Below are positions 55,891 to 64,000 of a stretch of DNA of 64,000 bases, piece by piece. Origin of the DNA: Vicugna vicugna (lineage: Eukaryota); contig MU060807.1 of the NCBI GenBank assembly GCA_013265495.1, forward strand, positions 2,970,921 to 3,034,920, read 5' to 3'. Numbering within the stretch: the stretch's first letter is position 1; every line of letters begins with the position of its first letter. The translations under genes and the position numbers were made by a program. The notes under the pieces are model-generated. The model was not told the origin of the DNA. It did no database searches and saw nothing but the letters and a program-made list of their open reading frames with translations.

Positions 55891-58149
55891 GGTCCGGCCC
55901 CTCTTTAGGGCACGCGACTGCCTTCCTTGATTATGCCCTAGAGAAACAGCCTCTCCACCGCCTCCTCCATGCCCCTTCAAGGCTGGCTCCCTGGGCGCAG
56001 GAGGGCGGGCTGGTCCAGCGGTGTTAGCCCGGCATGGCTGCTGCCTCCCTCACCCTCTTACTGGAGGACAAGCCTGTGGGCCTGTGTTGTCTCTTTCTCA
56101 GCTGAAAAGCCAGATGGTACCCGGTGGTGGGCAGAGATCCAAGGACTTGATGCCAGAGCTGCAACCGTTGTGGTTTGGGGGGAAAAGATAAATATTGTGG
56201 AAAACCCACACGGTCACTTACTCACTGATTATAAGCCCTCGGGGTTTATAAAGGACAGCCTGGCTCTGCGCAAGCATGAAAGGGGGGGGGCACACCCACA
56301 CATCCAGGGGAAAAGACCCAGGGGCTTGACTGTGAACCAGGTGGGCTGTAAGAGCATTATGACGCGGGGCTGGGGAGGGACAGGAGGTGGGAAGTGGGGT
56401 GAAGCAGGGGGAAGGCTGGGGGCTCTGCCCGGAGAAAAAGACCTGACTTAGGTGCTGGTATGTGTTCTAATACTTCACTGCCCACACTTCAGGTGCCAAA
56501 GAAGAGGTGGCGGAGAAAGAGATGGGTGATGAGCTGTCCTCGACCTCCTGGCATGGGGACAGCTATCTTCAGCTCCAAAGTCGGGGCCCCTAAGTCCTTG
56601 CTGAGGGGCAGCTTGTCCTGGCAGTGAGGAGCAGAGGATGGCCCACGCCTCTGGGAGAGGAGGTTTTTTGACTGGAGCGGGGGCTGCCAGCTGCCGTGAG
56701 CCCTGGGTATCAGCAGGCCGAAGGGCTGACCAAGGGACTCGCACAGGTGCCCAGCCACAGACCCAGCAGCTGTGGCTCACCCGAGGGGTCTCGATCCTTC
56801 AGACATTCACGGAGTAGCCCTTGTGTGCAGCCCTCACATACAAGAGGAAGCTGGAGGTATTCCTGCTTGGCCATGTGACCAGGGGCTGGGAAACAGCTGT
56901 CAGGGCCAGGCTAGGGATCAACTGATCCTTACAGGTCCTCAGAACAAAAGGACCTGAGGGGAACAGGTGGGCTGGTGACACTCCGCATGGTAGACTGCAT
57001 TGTGAGTAACGGGGGGTGGGGAGCCTCTGGCCACTGCCCCTCAGCCCCCTTGGAAAAAAGCACCCACACCCCAACCACCTGGCCCCGTCAGGAATTAAGA
57101 TGTTCAGATACTCAGGGTGATGGGCGGTGCATGAGCCCCAGGGACCTTAGGATCCGCAGGGCTGTTAGCGCCTCCAGTAACCAACTGACTGCTTCTGGTG
57201 CCCCAGCCCCAGGGAAACGAGGAGGTGGAGACACCACGCTGTCACCTCAACTGCCTGGTGCTCGTGCGACACTCCAGGAGAGGTGCCAGGTGATCACTGC
57301 AGATGCTCCCGCACCGACCCTGACCCTCCTCATCCCACTCTGCGCAGGGAGAGCCAGGGAGAGTGGTGGTGGTGGGGACACTCTGCGCTGGGGCTGGAGT
57401 GGAGGGAGGGAAGGAAGTCAGGTGCCCAGGACAGGGGAGCCCTGCAGAGAGCAGCACCACCCCTGGCTCCACCCCTTCCCTGCAGGATTCTCTGCCTGGG
57501 CACTGAGTAACCTTGGAGGTGGGGAGGGAGGGGAGACAGCATGTCAAGCGGGCTGATTAACGAGCTCTGTCAAGCTGGGTGTAAGAAATCACACTAACGA
57601 CCCCCCCTCAAGCCTCCGGCTTCCTCCCTAAGTCCACGGTCAGAGCGAGAGGCCTTTCTGTGGGGCTGGCACACCGTGGGCGCCAAGAGAAAGCCACAAG
57701 CACCAACCACAGGGACCCAGCAGGGAACCTGTTGGCCACAGGTAACAAAGCAGCTGCCAGCAAAGGGCTGTTGCTGGAGCCCCTTTTCTCCTGGGGACAC
57801 TCAGAGTCTGAAACTGGTCTGATCAGAGCAGGAGTGAAGCTGTTCCCTGTCCACACTGAAGCGCCTGTGGTATCAACTCCTGTCTGTTACCAGTGACACC
57901 AGGCTGGAGACCTGTGCTGTCATTGGCCTGTCTCTCCTGGAGGAGGCCCGGAAGGGCCCTAAGCGCTGCCTCCTTGGCCGGCTCGGGAAGCACACCTCCA
58001 GGGGCATCCGAGCAGACTCCTCCCTAGGAGGCAGGTGTCAACAAGGCCTGACCAGGGGAGGGCCTGGCCAGCAGGTTTTCTCGAAAGGGAGGGTACACAA
58101 CATCGCCCTCCGAGCTGGCTGAAAATGTAGACTCCTGGGCCTTGCAGCC

Positions 58150-58250
58150 CTAAGACGCTGCTACACGAGGCCTGGGGTGAGACCCAGCAATCTGTATTTT
58201 TAATAAGCACCAGTGGTCTGGCAACCAAGCACTCAGACCCCATGGAGGCT
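58150..58250. mobile_element. MER5A-like fragment
   Basis: ggcctggggtgagacccagcaatctgtatttttaataagcaccagtgg. Confidence 0.45.
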
Positions 58251-59639
58251 CTTGATCCCGACCTGGGGGAGGGGGAGGGCTGGGCAGTGTTCCTGGGGCC
58301 GGTTCCCCATCCCTCGTGGGGAGCACGGCCTCCCTGCAGCGGGGAGGAGGACGCTGCCAGAACCCCTTGGATATCACACACCAGGGGCCCTCCAGCCCTG
58401 GTCAGCACCCAACCCAGCCCAGCAGTCTCTCCCCTCTTCCTGTCAAGGCTTCCAGAGAACGTCTCAATCTATGGCTAAAGGAAGTTCTTCCTGTAGCTCA
58501 ACTCAACACGCCCTGCGGTGCGCTGGGACCCTTCCCCCTAGCCTCAGACAGCATCGGCTCAGCAATGCCCTCTGCGGTACCTCGCTTTGCACCCGAAGGC
58601 TTATTAACGTGCACCGCGGCCGGCTCTTGGAGAAACATCCAGGCTTGTGCTGATTAGTCAGGTGCCATCATTAAGATGCACCCTAATTGTTCAGCTCCAC
58701 CTAATCATGCCCATGTCCCAGACACCCCTCTGCTGGCTGCAAACCCTCTGGGGTTCATTGGCTCCTGCTTTCTCCTTGGGGCCAGCCTGTGGGCTGGAGA
58801 ACGTCCCCAAGGATCCTCTTATTCTCTGCACAAGCTTGTGTGGCCAGCGCTGCGGGCTGGGACACCAGCCACCCGGAGGAGCGCCGTTATTACTTTAGAA
58901 TGAGTGCTTTATTTAATTAAACAGTTACTGCCAGGGCCCTGGGGCACTATTTAGAAAGACAGCGGACTCTGCTTATAACAGACACCCTGTAACAGAGAGT
59001 AAGCCTCGCTCAGGGGGCAGCCCAGCCTCACAAAAGCCAGCAAGGCGGTCGCCAGTACCACGGACCCATTTACGGAATGAAAGCATCAGAGAGAGACAGA
59101 GCGGAGGGCGGCGGAGCGGGAGGAGGAACATGGCTCGGCAGATACAGGCACCGTTCTAGTTAGCTCAAAATATTTAAGAACATTCCATATGATTCTTAAA
59201 ACTACTAATTAAGAGGCTGCTGGATTTCTTAGACTATAGCTTTTTCCTGTACTTTTTGGGAAATAACGTGAAAAAAGAGGGCGGGGTGGGGAACTGACAT
59301 CAACAATCAGGGTATTTCTTAAAGAACACACACACACGCACACAGACACACACACAGTCAGTGGCCAGGATCAGCCCCTGGGAGCTTGTGAAGCAAGGAG
59401 CACCAGCTTTTTATCCCTGATCGCACTGCACACAAATAAAGAAGCCTCAAGCTCAGGGTCTGCCTGAGATCAGTGTGAAGTGTGGATAAAAATGGTCCTG
59501 AAAGAGCACAGTGCAGAAGGTCCCCAGCAGGGATGAACACTCCCCACGGAGACCTATTTGGAAGCTTCCCAACCAAACTGGCCTGTGCGTGACTGTGGGC
59601 TGTGGGTATGTACTTCAGCTCTATGAAGCTTTCCGGGCT

Positions 59640-59662
59640 TGTGTGTGTGTGTGTGTGTGTGT
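59640..59662. repeat. (GT)n microsatellite
   Basis: About 11 GT units; a degenerate (CA)n also lies at 59326-59357. Confidence 0.9.
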
Positions 59663-60966
59663 CCCTGATGTCCATGCCAACCTCACATCCGCCTGTTTCT
59701 ACATGAACTGGGCTTTGGATTACTGCGCCCTGCACATGAACCCACAGATGCCCTCCCTTACACAAGAGAAGGGCTTCTATGAGTTCTATTTATAAATACT
59801 TAATTTTCACAGGATAACATTTTAAACACACTAGGGAAACTAAGTACTCAAGAGAAACCTGCAGCGAGTCCTTCTGTAAAGTAACGAACTGTTTTGTAAC
59901 AAATAATTAGCCCCCAAGTTTGTTTTACACTTCGGGATTTTCATATGATGGGGCTTCCTACGAGCTGAGTGCGCTGGCAGGGGTGGCCCTATTACGGCGC
60001 ACGTAACTTTTCCGGTCTCAGTATCCTTCCCTGGGTGAACTGGGGGACGGGGACTTGGAGGAAGTCAGGGAAACCAGACAGGCCAAACTGACAGTTGCCC
60101 ACGTGCCGGGGGGGGGGGGGAAGCGCTTGTGCCCCGGCAAGTTGTATTTGTAAGGATGTACTCACTGCTTCCCAGACGAGAGGCGGGGGTAGTGGGGCAT
60201 TCTAAAGGGCAGAGAGACACTCAAGCTGCCATCCTGGGAAGGGGGTCTGGGCAGTTCACTCGGCTCAGGAGCTAGAACTGAGTTCCCTTCACCCAGCAGG
60301 ACGAAATAAAGGCCAGAGGACCCCGGCTCACCCAGTGAGCAGCTTCCGAGGCTCAAGGAGGGGGTGGTGGGGACTGTCTTGTGATCCAGATTCCTGTCAC
60401 CTGGTATCTTTCCTGGGAGCCCAGGGCAGGCGGCGCAGGGGAGTAAGCACCGTCCTCTAAGCTGGCGTGTCAGGTAGCAGCCATCAGAGGCAGAGGCAGG
60501 ACGTGGGGCGTGATGGATGGTGAGCTTAACACCAGTAGACAGAACCCGTGTCCCGGAGAGCCGCATTAAAAATAAAAACAACAATCCTCTCACTGAGCCG
60601 GAGGAAGCTCTGGCCAAACACTCAAAGGCACTGGGGGCCAGGGAGGGGTCACTGCGGTTTAGGGAGGAGTGCTACCCAGGTCTCCTCGGAAAGGAGAGGG
60701 CTGATTCGGAGCCGACGCTGGGCAGCAGCTGGGCTGGCGCCGGGGGTGGACTGGAGGCTGCGCCCAGACACCAGCAGACGTGGGGGTGAAGGGCAGGCTG
60801 GGGGGGGGTCCTTTGGCAGGAGCTCAAGAGACAAGCCACAGTGTCAGAGTGAGTGACAGAGTAATCTGAATTTCATTTAGAAAGGGCTGGGGCGGAGAGG
60901 GGATGGAAAAGCACAACAAACACAAGAAGCCATTCCCTGGGTGAGATATATAGACAGCTACCTAGG

Positions 60967-61003
60967 AAAAAAAAAAAAAAAAAGAAGGAAAGAAAGAAAG
61001 AAA
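60967..61003. repeat. Poly(A) / (GAAA)n low-complexity run
   Basis: aaaaaaaaaaaaaaaagaaggaaagaaagaaagaaaa. Confidence 0.85.
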
Positions 61004-61473
61004 AATGCAGGTCTGTCCCTGTATTATTGATTTCCTTGAAAAAGAAGAGACAAGCTAATCCTTTAAAGTCAGTCTTTTCAATCTGGGCGCTGGTCGCTGA
61101 AGTTAGAACTCGCTCAATATTAGCTCCTGTCTGGGAAGTGGGTACACTCATTTTGGGGGCATGGGGCAGAATTTCTTTCTTCCTCGAGAGCAGGATCACT
61201 GGCTGAAAGCAGGAGTTTGGCACGTGGTGGGGGGGCTGCCCTCGGGGACACGAGTCTTCCCTGGGGCTCGGAGGAGCGGGGGACGACCTCAGATTAGCAC
61301 CAAATCAGGGTGGGCCTGGCCTGGGTCAGAAGAGCTACTCTGCTCGCTGCACCTGCAGGGGCCGCCCAGTGTGACCCACCCCTTCCCACGGGCTGGCAGG
61401 GAGAAGAGGGTGAGACAAAATGAAACTGACTTTTCTGGGGCCTCCAGAACTGAGTGAGGAGCTGACATCGGGG

Positions 61474-61516
61474 AGGAAGGAAGGAAAGGGAAGGAAAGGG
61501 AAGGAAAGGAAAGAAG
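61474..61516. repeat. Purine-rich (GGAAA/GGAAG)n repeat
   Basis: gaggaaggaaggaaagggaaggaaagggaaggaaaggaaagaagg. Confidence 0.85.
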
Positions 61517-62529
61517 GCAGGCTTCCCCGGTAGCCCTGGTGGGTCCCCAAACAGTCGCCATCCTACGAGGGAGGCACCTTGGGGCCCCAGATCCTGTAAG
61601 AACCTGTAAGCAACACTCTCCCTGCCCCAGGCAGCTGGGAACCTCTTTTCAGCTCATTCTAGTCTGGTGTTGGCTAAGTGCTCTGACCCAGGTGGGTCAG
61701 ACAGGAGGGCTATGTCTCCCTAAAAAGGGAAACTGCCACTGGTCTGTCTCCTGACCTTAGGGGCCTGCTCCCCATTTGCGGACGGGGCCAATCTGTTAGA
61801 CTCCTCTGTAAAGACGGACTGTTCCCATCAGCTCCTCTCTAGCCCTCCAGGGCCCCCTCTCCATCCATCAATGGCCCCTGCTTCCTTCCAGGTGGCCCAC
61901 ATTGTACAAATCTGGGGGCAGCATTCACACCATATCCTACTGGAGTTGTGCCCTAGGGGAGCAGGGTGGTGGCCTGGAGGTGTCCCCAAGAGTCCCCAGG
62001 TCCCTTGAGGTCACTGTTGCTGCTGAAACTTGTTGCTTCTCACTAACTTTCCCTCCTCACTGGTCCTGAAGGCCTCTGGGCCACCTCCTGCCCCAGAATT
62101 GGTAACAATAAATATTCAAGTGATGGCAGTGGTGACCCACTTATTAGCAGATGCCACAGCCCCAGGGCACCGTGGCTGCTTTTGGAAGAACACAGAAAGA
62201 GACCAACCATAGCAGGGGAGGGGAATGTCCTTGGGAAGGCGCGCTGCATTCCAGCGCTACTTGAGTGGACAGGAGAAGTCCGCCTCACGACCTAGGAGCG
62301 AGGGGAGGCAGGAGGACAGCAGATGAATCAAGCAGACAGGATGCGCAGACACGGATCACTGAACAGACGCCATCCTTGAGCAGTGTTGCCCCAACCTCTG
62401 CAAACGCCAAGCCCCAAGGACTGATGAGCAGATGCGACCTGCTCTCTCTTATCCCGGCCTGGCAGCAGGGCCACCCTACGAGCTGAGGTCTGTTACCGGG
62501 GTCAGAGGACCAGCTGAGAGCCTGAAGGG

Positions 62530-62650
62530 CCCGGCTCTTGGCTCTGCCTCAGCTCAGTGACCCTGGGGAAGTTGCAATCTCCAAGTCTCAGTTTTCTCTG
62601 TTGTAAAATGGGATGATGCCATGGACCTTACTGGTGGCCTGTGAGGACCC
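62530..62650 (+). mobile_element. MIR SINE
   Basis: ggctctgcctcagctcagtgaccctggggaagttgc...ctcagttttctctgttgtaaaatgggatgatg...gtgaggac. Confidence 0.65.
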
Positions 62651-64000
62651 AGAGACGAGAAAGTAACTGGTAACACGCTACACCGATGCAAACAACACGG
62701 CAGAGAAGACCAGTCAAAAACCTGCCACAGGGTGCACCACTCTCTTCTCCACCCCTACCTCCGCCCCTGCACAAAAAGGATGTTTTTCCCTTGAACGGTA
62801 CTGTTCTAGCAAGAGACCACTTGGTTTTAAAAAGGGGATTGCATGCTGTTTGAAATGTTGCCAGTGGTAGAGGCAAGCTTTGCTGTGTAAGATTTAGCCA
62901 AGACGGAATCAGAAAACACAGCCTCCTGGCAGAGAAAAGAGAACCAGGACCCTCGGTGAAGGCCCGCACGGACCATTCAGGGCTAACCTGAGTCTGAATC
63001 AGATGGACCTGCTCCTCCAGGAAGAGAGTCTGGAAGGAAGAACTCTCCCTACAGTCCCCAACACACAGCCTGCTTCTCCAAGGGGTTCCTGGAGGGAGAG
63101 GCCCCTCTGCCAGGCAGAGGGTGGAAGGTCACCTTGGGGCACCTGCAGGCTGCACCTCTCTTCTGGGTCACCCAGGTGGATCTCATGGCTCCCGCATTCA
63201 GGGCAGGATGGCAAGCCACGGCGACCTTGTTCTATCCCAGTGAGCCTATGGGGGCCCCCCCATTCAACGCCGCCAGTTTGCGGCCGGGTCTCCAGCCAGG
63301 ATGAGCTCCGCTCTGCCATCTGCGCACTCGGCTCTGGCCGGCTGGTGCCCCAGCCGCATCTGTCCACCTGTACGTGGTGAAGGCTACTCTTGTGGACGGT
63401 GAGGAGCCTTCAGCACTCGGAGTCCCACTGTCCCTCCAGGGTTTCCCTCTGACACTCTCAGGAGGTGGCGATGACCAGCCACGGGGTATGGGATGCGAAT
63501 GAGGCTGGGCAGCCCTGCAGCAATGAGGAAGGGGAACAAGAGTGCTTGGCGGTGCCCTTGACTTGAGGGGACAGCAACACACATCCTGCTTCCCAGACAT
63601 GCGGGACAGTCTGATTCCTGCATGGAACTCATTTACATACGACCCTGCCACTTCACCAATGGCCCTTGACTCCTTCTCACTGTGTAGGAAAACGAAATGC
63701 TAAATTTTGACTTTGTTTCCTACCAAAGCCAAAGAAGTTCTGCAGAAAGAATCCCAAGATGTTTCGCAGCCTGGAGGCAAGGCTGCTGGTTTGAAAGAGT
63801 TGGGGCATCAACACTTTATCATTTGATCCTTCAAAGGAGCAAGAGGGTTGGGAGGTGGGTTCTGAGAATCAGATTCTGATGTTAATTCTTATGGGTCCTC
63901 AAAATGGGGCCCAGGTCACTGCTGGCTCCAGCTGTGGTGTCTTGCTGGGGTGCCCTGGGGAGCATGTGTGACTCACGGGACCACCCCTACCTCACAGAGC

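Noticed and set aside
46686-64000. Further TMEM104 exons or a nested gene; many 60-190 aa ORFs
   Set aside because: No match seen to the expected upstream peptide (CWGPLRRVDAYRIYL), and the ORFs have no recognisable domains; the upstream exons most likely lie beyond the window

Overview
Mammalian genomic DNA (GC-rich, intron-containing) carrying the syntenic block FDXR (+) - GRIN2C (+) - TMEM104/SLC38A12 (-). FDXR is complete: 12 coding exons, 636-9975, 492 aa. GRIN2C has its coding region at 16220-27532 (about 1227 aa, with most of one exon hidden in an N gap) plus two upstream non-coding exons in a CpG island. Only the last two coding exons of TMEM104 are in the window; the remainder (33-64 kb) is TMEM104 intron with ancient repeats (MIR, L2, MER33, MER5A, MLT1). 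Two tRNA-Ala-derived SINEs resembling the camelid vic-1 family suggest a camelid genome (inference). There are no rRNA genes, real tRNA genes or CRISPR arrays, and no new multi-gene system is supported. The best leads concern transcript architecture. (1) An upstream GRIN2C exon has an ATG in frame with the receptor and could add an Arg-rich 26-aa N-terminus. (2) A stop/start-overlapping uORF pair lies in the other GRIN2C 5' exon. (3) FDXR has a candidate upstream exon 0 and several alternative acceptors. (4) The poly(A) architecture between convergent GRIN2C and TMEM104 is ambiguous. (5) An antisense exon-like unit sits in the last TMEM104 intron. Comparisons with human, bovine or rodent proteins and repeat consensuses are from memory and need database confirmation. 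Repeat boundaries are approximate.
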